Of a DNA stretch of 64,000 bases, positions 30,472 to 39,340 are shown piece after piece. Position 1 is the stretch's first letter, and each line of letters starts with the position of its first letter. The notes under the pieces are model-generated. The model was not told the DNA's origin. It saw only the letters and a list, made by a program, of their open reading frames with translations, and searched no databases. A program made the position numbers and the translations under genes. Source of the stretch: Candidatus Bathyarchaeia archaeon (GTDB taxonomy: Archaea; Thermoproteota; Bathyarchaeia; Bathyarchaeales; Bathycorpusculaceae); assembly GCA_049521795.1 (NCBI GenBank), contig JBEKOM010000001.1, forward strand, positions 512,001-576,000, written 5' to 3'.

Positions 30472-31347
30472 GTGAAAATCGCCGTCTACTGGGGCTGTTG
30501 CATACAGGCTAACCAGTTTGCCTACGAGATGTCGCTTCGGGCAACTCTTCCCAAGTTTGGCGTTGAGCTGGTCGACCTGAGCGAATCCGTCTGCTGCGGC
30601 GACCCGGTGAAGAGCGTCAACGAGGTTGCGGCCAACTTCCTAGCGGCTAGGGTTCTAGCCTTAGCAAACTTAACCGGCCTAGACAGCCTGCTTGTCCCGT
30701 GCAACCGATGCCACTTCACACTCTCTGAAGCTCAGGACACGATGAAGAAGAACCCTCAGACCGCTCAGAAGATCATCAGCTTGCTGAAAGAGGAGGGACT
30801 AGACTACTGCCCGAACATCAAGATCTGGCACACGATCGACCTTCTACACGACTTCGTGGGGTTAGAGAAAATCAGGAAGGCTGTGAAGAAACCTCTCAGC
30901 GGTTTGAAGGTCGCCACTCACGTGGGCTGCCAGGTGATACGTTTTAGTGACTTGGGAAGGGTTGACGATGCAGAGAACCCGCGAAAGCTCGATGAACTGT
31001 TAGAAGCAATCGGTGCTGAAGCCGTGGACTATGCTGAAAAGCTTGATTGCTGCGGGGCGGCGTTGATGCGCAGTCATCCTGATTCCGCCCTTTCCCTTGC
31101 GGGTTCCAAGCTGAAGGCCGTGCAAGGCTTGAACGTTGCAGGTCTGGTCGTATCGTGCCCTGAGTGTCAGCTGATGTTTGACGCGAAGCAGAAGGACGCG
31201 GAGACGACTGTAGGAGTGAAACTCAACGTTCCTGTAGTTTACTACACGCAGCTGCTCGGCCTTGCGCTTGGCATAGGCGAGAGGAAGCTGGGCCTGCACT
31301 TAAATCAAAGCCCGGCAGAACTGCTTCTGACAAAGGTTTCGAGTTAG
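30472..31347 (+). CDS. hdrB: Heterodisulfide reductase subunit B
   Basis: Two CCG domains (YWGC..CCG..PCNRC; HVGC..CCG..SCPEC). Confidence 0.92.
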   Translation: MKIAVYWGCCIQANQFAYEMSLRATLPKFGVELVDLSESVCCGDPVKSVNEVAANFLAARVLALANLTGLDSLLVPCNRCHFTLSEAQDTMKKNPQTAQKIISLLKEEGLDYCPNIKIWHTIDLLHDFVGLEKIRKAVKKPLSGLKVATHVGCQVIRFSDLGRVDDAENPRKLDELLEAIGAEAVDYAEKLDCCGAALMRSHPDSALSLAGSKLKAVQGLNVAGLVVSCPECQLMFDAKQKDAETTVGVKLNVPVVYYTQLLGLALGIGERKLGLHLNQSPAELLLTKVSS

Positions 31348-31396
31348 AGCTGCAAACAACTTTTATATTGGCTTTCGCAAAGCTTTCCATCAAAAG

Positions 31397-32623
31397 GTGA
31401 AGAAGATGGTTGAATTTGGGTTCACAGAGGAACAGGAACTCTTCCGCAAGGCTGTGCGCGAATGGTGCGAGAAGAACCTGCCCATAGAGAAGATCAGAGA
31501 GATGGACACTCAGGGCTGGATCCCTCAGTCGATGCTTAAGAGCATGGGTGAAATGGGACTGAACATAATGACGGCTCCGGAGGAGCACGGCGGAACAGGC
31601 GCAGACTGGATCACGGCTTGCATTGCAGCAGAGGAGCTTGGCTACGCAGACGTGAGCATCGCGTTGCCAGTGCTTTGGCTGGTGGAATCATCCTGGGGAT
31701 ACGTGGTCGACAGGCATGCAAGCGAAAGGGTCCGCAACGACGTCATACGCCCGGCAATCAGAGGCGAGGCTTTCATAGGTATAGGTTCCACAGAAGCCGG
31801 CGGAGGGTCAGACGTTGCGGCCTTAAAGTCCACAGCAAAGAAAGTGGGAAACGACTGGGTCCTGAACGGTGAAAAAACGTACATAAGCGGCACTGAGGAG
31901 GCAAAGAAGCTCGGCGGCGGCTACTTCGTCCTTGCACGAACATCACCGATATCGCCGGAAGCTGCCCACCGTGGAATGACCGGTTTCTACGTGCCTATGA
32001 ACACGGCTGGGGTTGAAATTAACAAGCGCTACGAAGACATGGGAAGAATGGCAATATCAACAGGCGGCTTTGTCATGAACAACGTCAAGATACCTGACGC
32101 CTATCGCTTAGGCGACGTGGACAAGGGTTTCTACCTTACGATGGAAGGCTTCGACGCCGCGCGCATCCTCATCTCCAGCGTTTGCGTCGGCGCTGCGAGA
32201 CGCGCCCTCGACGTTGGCATGGAATATATAAAAGAGCGAAAAGCCTTCGGCAGAGCCATCGGCAAGTTCCAGGGCATCCAGTTTGAAATGGCAGATGATT
32301 GGGCGCACCTTGAGGCTCTGCGGTCTCTGACGTACAGAACTGCGTGGATGTTGGACATGCGCTACAAGGAAAACAAGTTTACTCCGCTTGAGGTGACCAA
32401 AATGATCGCGGCTTGCAAGCTCCTGGCCCCGCATCTGGCCTTTGACGTTTACAAGCATGCTATGATCTGGCTTGGAGCATGGGGCTACACCAGAGAATGC
32501 CCGTTGGAGATGGGTCTGCGCGGCATAATGTCCTACTGCGTTGGAGCTGAAGGGGCCACGAACATACAGCGAACGGTGATTGCAAGAGAACTGCTGGGGA
32601 AGGACTTCATCGCGTACAAGTAG
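31397..32623 (+). CDS. Acyl-CoA dehydrogenase
   Basis: FTEEQELFR, TEAGGGSDV, LNGEKTYISG, RKAFGRAIGKFQ, GAEGATNIQR. Confidence 0.94.
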   Translation: MKKMVEFGFTEEQELFRKAVREWCEKNLPIEKIREMDTQGWIPQSMLKSMGEMGLNIMTAPEEHGGTGADWITACIAAEELGYADVSIALPVLWLVESSWGYVVDRHASERVRNDVIRPAIRGEAFIGIGSTEAGGGSDVAALKSTAKKVGNDWVLNGEKTYISGTEEAKKLGGGYFVLARTSPISPEAAHRGMTGFYVPMNTAGVEINKRYEDMGRMAISTGGFVMNNVKIPDAYRLGDVDKGFYLTMEGFDAARILISSVCVGAARRALDVGMEYIKERKAFGRAIGKFQGIQFEMADDWAHLEALRSLTYRTAWMLDMRYKENKFTPLEVTKMIAACKLLAPHLAFDVYKHAMIWLGAWGYTRECPLEMGLRGIMSYCVGAEGATNIQRTVIARELLGKDFIAYK

Positions 32624-32664
32624 GTTAAACCCTTCTCGTTTTTCCCTTTGAATAAAGTGAAGAT

Positions 32665-33639
32665 TCACTGAAGCTGTCTTTTCAATGCGTCTTTGAGGGC
32701 TGGCAACACTTCGTAAAGGTTGCCCACGACTCCGTAGTCTGCGATTTCGAATATCGGTGCTTCTGGGTCCTTGTTTATCGCCACGATTATCTTGGAGTCG
32801 CGTATGCCGGCGACGTGCTGGATCACGCCCGAAATGCCGCATGCCATGTAGAGTTTAGGTTTGACCTTGTGTCCAGAGAGCCCTATCCATTCTGTGAACC
32901 ACTTTCTGTCCTCGACCAGCGGGCGTGAGCAGCCGACTTGGCCGCCTAGAACGTTTGCGAGTTCTTCTAGCAGGAGCTTGTCGTCTTTTTTCTCTAGGCC
33001 TCTTCCACAGCAGACCAGGTACTCGGCTTCCTCGACGTTCACGCTTGACGTTTCAAGGGGTTTTCTTTCAACGACTTGGGTCTTCGGTTCCTCAACCTTC
33101 ACGTCTAGTTTGATCACCTGTCCGTTTCGGGTTTGAGGCGTGGGCTTCTCAAACGCTCTTGCGGGCACGGTTGCTACCTGCGGCTTGGACTTGAAGGTCA
33201 CCTTGGCCACGGCGTTTCCGCCGTAGGTTATCCTTTCGCCGATGAGTCTTCTGTTCTCGTCAACGCTCAGTCTTGCGCAGTCTGGCACGCATCCAGTGGT
33301 TAGCCGGGTTGCGAGTCTGGCTGCAAGGGGCTTTCCGTTTCTGGTCGACCCGACGAGCAGGATTTCTGGCCGGTAGGTCATGACCAAGTTGTGCAGGATG
33401 CCTAGGTAGGCTTCAGCCTGAAAATGCTCCAGAGCCGGGTTGTCGGCCAAGAAGACCTTGTCTGCGCCGTATCTTATCAGTTCGTTTGCTTTGTCTTGCA
33501 CGTTGTTTCCGATAAGGATGGCTGTGAGTTCCGTTTGCAGCTTGTCTGCCAGTTCTCTTCCTTTTCCGAGCATTTCGATGGTCAGGTCGTGCGCTTCTGA
33601 GAAGACCCAGACTCCCCTGTTTTCGCTCATCCGGTTCAC
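32665..33639 (-). CDS. etfA: Electron transfer flavoprotein alpha subunit
   Basis: GRG, GCSRPLV, IGLSG..VKPKLY.ACGISG.IQH.AG, AINKDPEAPIF. Confidence 0.95.
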   Translation of the reverse strand: MNRMSENRGVWVFSEAHDLTIEMLGKGRELADKLQTELTAILIGNNVQDKANELIRYGADKVFLADNPALEHFQAEAYLGILHNLVMTYRPEILLVGSTRNGKPLAARLATRLTTGCVPDCARLSVDENRRLIGERITYGGNAVAKVTFKSKPQVATVPARAFEKPTPQTRNGQVIKLDVKVEEPKTQVVERKPLETSSVNVEEAEYLVCCGRGLEKKDDKLLLEELANVLGGQVGCSRPLVEDRKWFTEWIGLSGHKVKPKLYMACGISGVIQHVAGIRDSKIIVAINKDPEAPIFEIADYGVVGNLYEVLPALKDALKRQLQ

Positions 33640-34424
33640 CTTCCGACGACGCCCTCTTGAATCAGTGCTTTGGCCAGCTTCTCCGCGATCTCCTGCACGG
33701 ATTCGCCTGTGATCTTGATCTTCTTTCTCTCCATCTTCGGTGCCAAGGCGTCTATGACTTCGGTTTTTGCGGCGATTTTTTCAGTGGAAACGTTGAGGTC
33801 CTTCAGCGTCCAAGTGACGATTTCTTTCTTCGAAGCTTTCATTATCATCATGAGCGACGGGATTCTCGGCTGGTTTATTTCCCGCGTTACCGAGATTAAG
33901 GCAGGCATCTTCGCCTTCACGGTCTCGCTTGCGTCCTCAAGCGACCTTTCAGCGACGACCGTGTCGCCTTCCACCGCAACTTTTCGCACAGAGGTTATCT
34001 GAGGCAGGTTTAACAGTTCTGCCAGTCTGGGACCGACAAGCCCGCTGAAGCTGTCCAGCGATGCTTCGCCGCAGAGAATCAGGTCGAAGTCAACGATCTT
34101 CTTTATCATTTCAGCAAGAACGTAAGCCGTACCCAAAGTGTCTGCTCCCTGAACGCTTGGGTCATTGACGACGTAGGCTCTGTCAGCACCGATCGCAAGC
34201 GTTTCCCTCAACACGGGCTTTGCGTCTTCAGGGCTCACAGTCAGCGTGACAACTTCGACGCCGCCGAGCTTCTCTTTGATCCTGATAGCCTCCTCCAACG
34301 CGTTCTTATCGAAATCGCTCATTTTCTTAGGCGCGCCAGCCGTGACCAGCCTTCTAGTCGCGGGGTCAACCTTCAACTGTGAAACGTCAACTGCCTGTTT
34401 GAGGCAAACGAGTATGCGCTTCAA
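33636..34424 (-). CDS. etfB: Electron transfer flavoprotein beta subunit
   Basis: ILVCLKQ, FDKNALEEA, GADRA, DLILCG, INQPRIPS. Confidence 0.95.
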   Translation of the reverse strand: MKRILVCLKQAVDVSQLKVDPATRRLVTAGAPKKMSDFDKNALEEAIRIKEKLGGVEVVTLTVSPEDAKPVLRETLAIGADRAYVVNDPSVQGADTLGTAYVLAEMIKKIVDFDLILCGEASLDSFSGLVGPRLAELLNLPQITSVRKVAVEGDTVVAERSLEDASETVKAKMPALISVTREINQPRIPSLMMIMKASKKEIVTWTLKDLNVSTEKIAAKTEVIDALAPKMERKKIKITGESVQEIAEKLAKALIQEGVVGR

Positions 34425-34528
34425 ATAATTTCACCCGTGGCAATCCTTATTGGAGAAACGAAGCATAGAACATGGCATATTAAAACTTTCGCATGACCCT
34501 GTTGAAGAGTCTAATGCTCAAAGAAGAT

Positions 34529-34636
34529 CGACGCGCTGGCTTATCCTCAAATTCGCAACAATTTTGATTTTAAGAGTATATACGTTTTGCATATACACTT
34601 TGTATATACACTTGGCGAGCATCGTTGAAAACGCTG
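34529..34636 (+). repeat. Dispersed non-coding element, copy B (108 bp)
   Basis: ATATACGTTTTGC ATATACACTTTGT ATATACACTTGGC GAGCATCGTTGAAAACGCTG; aligns over 108 bp with 39118-39225. Confidence 0.9.
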
Positions 34637-34945
34637 TTCGTCTGGGCAGGAACGCTACATCCCTGTATTCGCGTTTTGGCCCCGTCTATTTCACCCCCCT
34701 CCCCCTAGGGTACTAGTACTGCACGCAGGCGTTGCGAAGGGCCCTACTAGATTTGCACAGGTCTGAAGCCGAGTTAATGGGAAGGGTTTGGCGGAGGATC
34801 TCGGCAAGGGCGGTGACTTTTCAATGCGCTCGGCCATCACGCCGTCTTTGCCACACGCACACTCTGCAGTATTCACTTCGCATTTAGGCGAAGGTTATAA
34901 TCCTTGTTTGTTGTCACTGTTTGATTCTAAGAAGGGAAGATTTGC

Positions 34946-35095
34946 TTGAACCGATCGAGGAAAAAGCAGGCGAAAAGAGAACGATCTTTGAAAAGAATGA
35001 AAAGTCGAGGAACATGGAAACACGGAAAAAGTAACGGTGAGAAAGTAAGAAGACTAGAAAAAGCGCGAGCTCTTCTAGCCAATGCGTCTCCATAG
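34946..35095 (+). CDS. Putative 49-aa basic micro-protein (MNRSRKKQAKRERSLKRMKSRGTWKHG...)
   Basis: Manual translation; TTG start after purine-rich GAAGGGAAG. Confidence 0.35.
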   Translation: MNRSRKKQAKRERSLKRMKSRGTWKHGKSNGEKVRRLEKARALLANASP

Positions 35096-35678
35096 GACAA
35101 GGCGTCCGCAACTTGCGAAACATGCCTATTCTCTATTAGTTCCTTTCTCTGCGCTTGAGCAAAGGAATCATAACACAGCCTGAACGCCTAGTCCAACGTT
35201 TTCGCGATGTTTCTAAAGCCTGTCTGCGTAGAACAAGGCATCGATGCCATTGCTTTCTCAACCTTCCTTTGAATGAACGTCGTCATTGCGCCCTTTCTTC
35301 TATGAGATTGACCCAATAACTAAATGGCGCGCATGCTTGTTCCTAAATTCATAAATTCCGTTCAAGAGGAAGGCATGACTTTTCCGATGGTGTATGTTTA
35401 CTGTCCCAGTTCGGGCTGGGTGCTTTCTTGCTCTCACACCCTCCCTCCCGGGTATCCTATATGACCCAAATATGATTGAAGAGCAAAACGAGCAACACAA
35501 GCTGCGTTTCAAACAAATTCAGGAACGTGCTAGCCCGCGGAAGAAGCGCGAAGAAACCCGAAGAGAACGTAAAAAAGCGACTTTTGGCCTCTCATCCTTA
35601 TAAGCTAGGCTGAGAACGTATATTGCAAGAAAGGCGCGCTAACCAACTTATCGCAACATCATTTGCCTTAGGACTAGC

Positions 35679-36005
35679 TTGCTTTTTTCTGAAGGGTATT
35701 ACAACATGTTAAATGTGGGGAAGGTATCTGACGGAAACCGTAGCAGATTACAGATCATAGCGGAGATTCTGAGGCAGCTGCGAATGCCGTTAGGAAAGGC
35801 GAACATCATGTCCCATTGCAACATGAGCACAGCACAATCAGGGCAATACTTGAATCTTACGACGTCAAGTAATCTCATTCAGATGGGTGCTGATGCAGGA
35901 AAAGTGACGTACCTGAGAACAGAAGCTGGTCTGGAGTTTCTAGAATTGTACAAGAAGATGGCTCTGCTACTTGATACTGGCATTTCTTCACCTTTTCTAG
36001 TTTAG
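35679..36005 (+). CDS. Archaeal winged-helix DNA-binding protein (HTH_45-like)
   Basis: NRSRLQIIAEIL...KANIM..CNMS...YL..L...LI...Y.RTEAG.EFL. Confidence 0.8.
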   Translation: MLFSEGYYNMLNVGKVSDGNRSRLQIIAEILRQLRMPLGKANIMSHCNMSTAQSGQYLNLTTSSNLIQMGADAGKVTYLRTEAGLEFLELYKKMALLLDTGISSPFLV

Positions 36006-36033
36006 CCAATGCAGAGAAAAGAATGAAGGAGAG

Positions 36034-36216
36034 GTGATGTTGTTGCTGAATATTAAGGATGTCAGGAAGTGCAGGAACTCTTTGGAGCTGAACGACTTTA
36101 TCGAGAAGTACATTGCCGAGGGGAACTCGAAAGACGAGAGTATCGACAGTACATACTGGAGTCTGTTCGAAGAATGGAAAAGAGCTCTGAAGAAGAAGCC
36201 CACGAGCATGCTTTAA
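36034..36216 (+). CDS. Small hypothetical protein
   Basis: 60 aa with GGAGAGGTGA Shine-Dalgarno. Confidence 0.5.
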   Translation: MMLLLNIKDVRKCRNSLELNDFIEKYIAEGNSKDESIDSTYWSLFEEWKRALKKKPTSML

Positions 36217-36273
36217 CGCGCGCTTAAAAAAGGGCAAACTGCCTATTTTTAGGCGTCGATCTGCAAGCGCTTC

Positions 36274-36471
36274 TTGCAGTTGGTCGAGGAATCTGGAATG
36301 AAGAAGAGTGTAGAGAAAATCAATAATTCGGCGTTCGCATCGAACGCATTTGGAATCACAGAGGAGGGGTCGAATAAAGCAGTGAAGAAGTTCAGGTCAT
36401 TAGAGGACATATCCATAGAGCAGAGAAGGAGAGGTGCAAGTCAACCTCTCTACTTGTACCGATATGAGTAG
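36274..36471 (+). CDS. Small hypothetical protein
   Basis: ORF only; probable start ATG at 36298 after GAGGA. Confidence 0.35.
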   Translation: MQLVEESGMKKSVEKINNSAFASNAFGITEEGSNKAVKKFRSLEDISIEQRRRGASQPLYLYRYE

Positions 36472-36491
36472 CGGGCAGATATTGAAGCGGA

Positions 36492-36716
36492 TTATCCGAG
36501 CAGGACTTCCAGTATCAATTTGTGACGTAAGACCTCAGCAAGGTCTGCTTGTTCTATGGCATTTTCCAAAGCATCAAGTTCTTTTTGCACAGTCTTTCTC
36601 ATTTCTTCGCTGATTTTTTGATTGATCTCTTTCATTTGTCTCTGATACAGGTCGTCCGCCTCTCCTCTAAGTCTCCAATAACGCTCCAGCAAAGATTCTT
36701 TTTTGGTTTGTTCCAT
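36492..36716 (-). CDS. Small coiled-coil hypothetical protein
   Basis: 74 aa helical sequence, AGGTGTGA upstream. Confidence 0.55.
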   Translation of the reverse strand: MEQTKKESLLERYWRLRGEADDLYQRQMKEINQKISEEMRKTVQKELDALENAIEQADLAEVLRHKLILEVLLG

Positions 36717-36858
36717 TATTCACACCTTTTTCATCTGTTTTTGTTTGTTATTTGGGTTGCCTCAGTTCATTGATTGTATCAACAGGCATTAATAGTTTGA
36801 GCACCCACGAGAGAAGAAGACAGGCGTCTTTGTTCTCAGGTGAGAAGAAGGCAGTTAC

Positions 36859-36987
36859 ATGGGTTACGCAAGAGGAAAAACAAGAGAAGAAGATCTGAAA
36901 AAACCTAAGCCTCAGAAAAAGAAAGAAAGGGAAGAGAAGCGGAAGAAGAAAAAACTTGCCCGACTCGAAAGACAGCAGTCCAGATAG
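36859..36987 (+). CDS. 42-aa Lys/Arg-rich micro-protein MGYARGKTREEDLKKPKPQKKKEREEKRKKKKLARLERQQSR
   Basis: Manual translation; AGGTGAG upstream. Confidence 0.45.
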   Translation: MGYARGKTREEDLKKPKPQKKKEREEKRKKKKLARLERQQSR

Positions 36988-37208
36988 GCTCGTCTAGAGC
37001 ACAAGCAAGAGAGATTTTCTGTTCGCACAGCACGCGCGTGGCGTGAGTCTATTTCTCACGCAGCGATTGTCTTCTTTTCAGCGCTCGTTTTTGCACGTAA
37101 CGAGCTTACAAAGGTTCTAGGCTATGCCATAAAGACGCACACCAGAGTTTACACGTGCAAATGATTTATATCCGACTTTCCTAGACTCTTTCCTCCGAGA
37201 GTGAAATT

Positions 37209-37526
37209 ATGCCAATATTTTTGATAGTTTCTAGGCATTCTGCAGAGAACTGTCCGCTGAACAATGAGAAGATGAAGAAAATGACGTTAGAATTGCCAGC
37301 CAAATTGGGCGGATTGGAGAAGAAACATGGAGTGAAGAGGATTGGAGCATGGACTGTAGTTCCGGAACATCTGTTGATTTGGGTCTATGAAGCCCCAAGC
37401 TCAGATGCTCTGCAAAAATTCTCGATGGAACCAGAAATGGTAAGATGGATGGCTTGGAACACCAGCGAAATCAAACTAGCAATGAGTCTCGAAGAAAGCC
37501 TGAAACTTCTAAAACAAGTCAAATGA
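37209..37526 (+). CDS. DUF3303/GYD-like small alpha-beta protein
   Basis: FLIVSRHSAENCP...KHGVK.IGAW....EH....VYEAPS; own TATA-like TTTATA and T-rich 3' end. Confidence 0.75.
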   Translation: MPIFLIVSRHSAENCPLNNEKMKKMTLELPAKLGGLEKKHGVKRIGAWTVVPEHLLIWVYEAPSSDALQKFSMEPEMVRWMAWNTSEIKLAMSLEESLKLLKQVK

Positions 37527-37586
37527 AATCGCAACTTCTTTTTTCTCTGATTTTGCACCGGTCATTCAGCCAGCGTGCGCTCGTAA

Positions 37587-37868
37587 TTAATCTCTGTGTT
37601 CGTGGGATTCCTCTTCAGACTCTTCTTCATTCTCTTCTTCTTCCTCGGCAGCTTCTTCTCCTACGGCTCTTGCTTCTTCTTCAGCTTCTCCTTCTGCAGA
37701 ATAAGCCTCATCTAACCAGATCCTGAACTGTTCTTTGCTCTCAGGATCGGAAAAGGCCCACTCGCACAGTTGACTGACAACGGCGTTTAGATCGATGTCA
37801 TGATCGTCGGCCAAATTCTTCAGAAACTGTTCCCACTTTGGAGGCAGAGATATCGAAGACCCAACCAT
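37587..37868 (-). CDS. Hypothetical protein with RHH-like N-terminus and acidic tail
   Basis: SISLPPKWEQFL..LA...VVSQL then poly-Glu tail; GGTGA Shine-Dalgarno. Confidence 0.6.
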   Translation of the reverse strand: MVGSSISLPPKWEQFLKNLADDHDIDLNAVVSQLCEWAFSDPESKEQFRIWLDEAYSAEGEAEEEARAVGEEAAEEEEENEEESEEESHEHRD

Positions 37869-38060
37869 TTTACTCTTTCACCATCACCTTTTATCATTCA
37901 AGCCATATTTAAGCTTCAGACGTACTTTTTGCCCGAAAGGTGCCTGAAACTGAGCGCGCGCTTCAAGCTAGCGAGCGTTTTCGCAGAATGAATCAGGCAA
38001 AATGATAAACAATTTATGAATCCGAAATCTAGACGCACGCTAAAGGAAAGAGACTGGATT

Positions 38061-38213
38061 CTATCTTTGTTCTTTTACCAACAACAGTCTCTTCGCGGTC
38101 TCTTTAGCGATCTTTTCAAGGCCCTCGGCTAATTCTGCACGGGTAACCTCGTCTATTGGATACACTTTCCCATTCTTATCGATGAATGCAAGTTCCAACT
38201 TCCTTTTTTCCAC
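38061..38213 (-). CDS. 50-aa hypothetical protein (MEKRKLELAFIDKNGKVYPIDEVTRAELAEGLEK...)
   Basis: Perfect GGAGGTGA Shine-Dalgarno before GTG; below ORF-track cutoff. Confidence 0.6.
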   Translation of the reverse strand: MEKRKLELAFIDKNGKVYPIDEVTRAELAEGLEKIAKETAKRLLLVKEQR

Positions 38214-38302
38214 CGTTTCACCTCCTTCACACTCTATCATCTGCTACGGCGCGCGCCAACCTAAGAATCACAAGTTCCAATCCGCCATGTAAATCTAGTT
38301 TT

Positions 38303-38602
38303 TTAGTAGTTGCCGCGAGCGCGAGCAAGCTTGTAATTTCTATCTGACTCATCTGACGCTTGCTTGACCTTTCTATCTGACTCCTCGATCGCTCGATCTC
38401 GATCGATCGACGCTTGCTTGATATAGTTGTGTTCGCTCAGGTAGGCCATCACGATTGATCTGATTATTTCTGCGTCCTTTGTTCCAAAGCCTTTCAACGA
38501 CTGGATAATCTCCACTTGGTCTTCATCGAAGGTCACAAGAACGCGTTTACGCGAGCGTGCACCTTGACTAATCACTTCTGTCATGTATTCCTTAATCTTC
38601 AT
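38303..38602 (-). CDS. CopG/ribbon-helix-helix family regulator
   Basis: KRVLVTFDEDQVEII..LKGFG.KDAEIIRSIVMAYLSE pattern; duplicated KQAS..ESDR tail. Confidence 0.7.
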   Translation of the reverse strand: MKIKEYMTEVISQGARSRKRVLVTFDEDQVEIIQSLKGFGTKDAEIIRSIVMAYLSEHNYIKQASIDRDRAIEESDRKVKQASDESDRNYKLARARGNY

Positions 38603-39117
38603 GCACGGTCATATATTCTTTGAGATCCCTGTCTCTTCCTCATTCAGAAAGACCGAATGGTTGCCGTGCTAGGAAGCATTGACGATGCAGTTATGTTCAA
38701 ACTCGGATATGTCAATATGAAGCTTCAAGATCAGATAAGGCCGTTCACATCGCTAAGCAGTTTGTCTCAAGCAAAATGGAAGTACAGAATCAGGTCTTGT
38801 AGAAATAAGTATACGTATTTCTCTCTTGTCATGAAGCGACGATACTCGATAATGAAACCGATCAGGACAACACAAGGTCTGCAAGAGCGAAAACGCACGG
38901 TCAGCCTAAGTCTGAACTTCAAAAGTGAACTCAAAGCTTTTTATCTCAAAAGCGTCCTGTTTTCTTTCATGTGCCCTGGATCTAGCAAAAGGTATGCACG
39001 CGATTACACAGATGAGGAGCTTCGGGCTCAGGCTCGCGATCTCGAGTGCGCCGTAACGATTCCCGTGAACGTGCCGGTGTCTTATTGTGAGCGCGTAAAG
39101 CAGCGCATCGTGGCCTT

Positions 39118-39225
39118 CGGCGCGTTGGCTTGTCCCTAAATTCGCAAAAAGTGCTGATCTGAAAGCATATACAATTTGCATATACACTTTGCATATACAG
39201 TTGACGAGCATCGTTGAAAACGCTG
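39118..39225 (+). repeat. Dispersed non-coding element, copy C (108 bp)
   Basis: ATATACAATTTGC ATATACACTTTGC ATATACAGTTGAC GAGCATCGTTGAAAACGCTG. Confidence 0.9.
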
Positions 39226-39340
39226 AGGCCGTTCAGGTTGGCTGCCGAGCTGTGTGGGCGGTTCAAGTGCGCACGCATAATAGAGGGACACGGCAGCGTG
39301 CTTTACCGCAAGTGATTTAAGAAAAAGGTAGCATCGGCAA

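Noticed and set aside
22034-34636. Composite transposon bounded by inverted copies A and B
   Set aside because: No target-site duplication or transposase is visible, and the enclosed 12.6 kb looks like core metabolism.
38657-39139. 160-aa ORF as a possible integrase next to copy C
   Set aside because: No tyrosine or serine recombinase motifs; it overlaps the repeat and may be spurious or a gene remnant.
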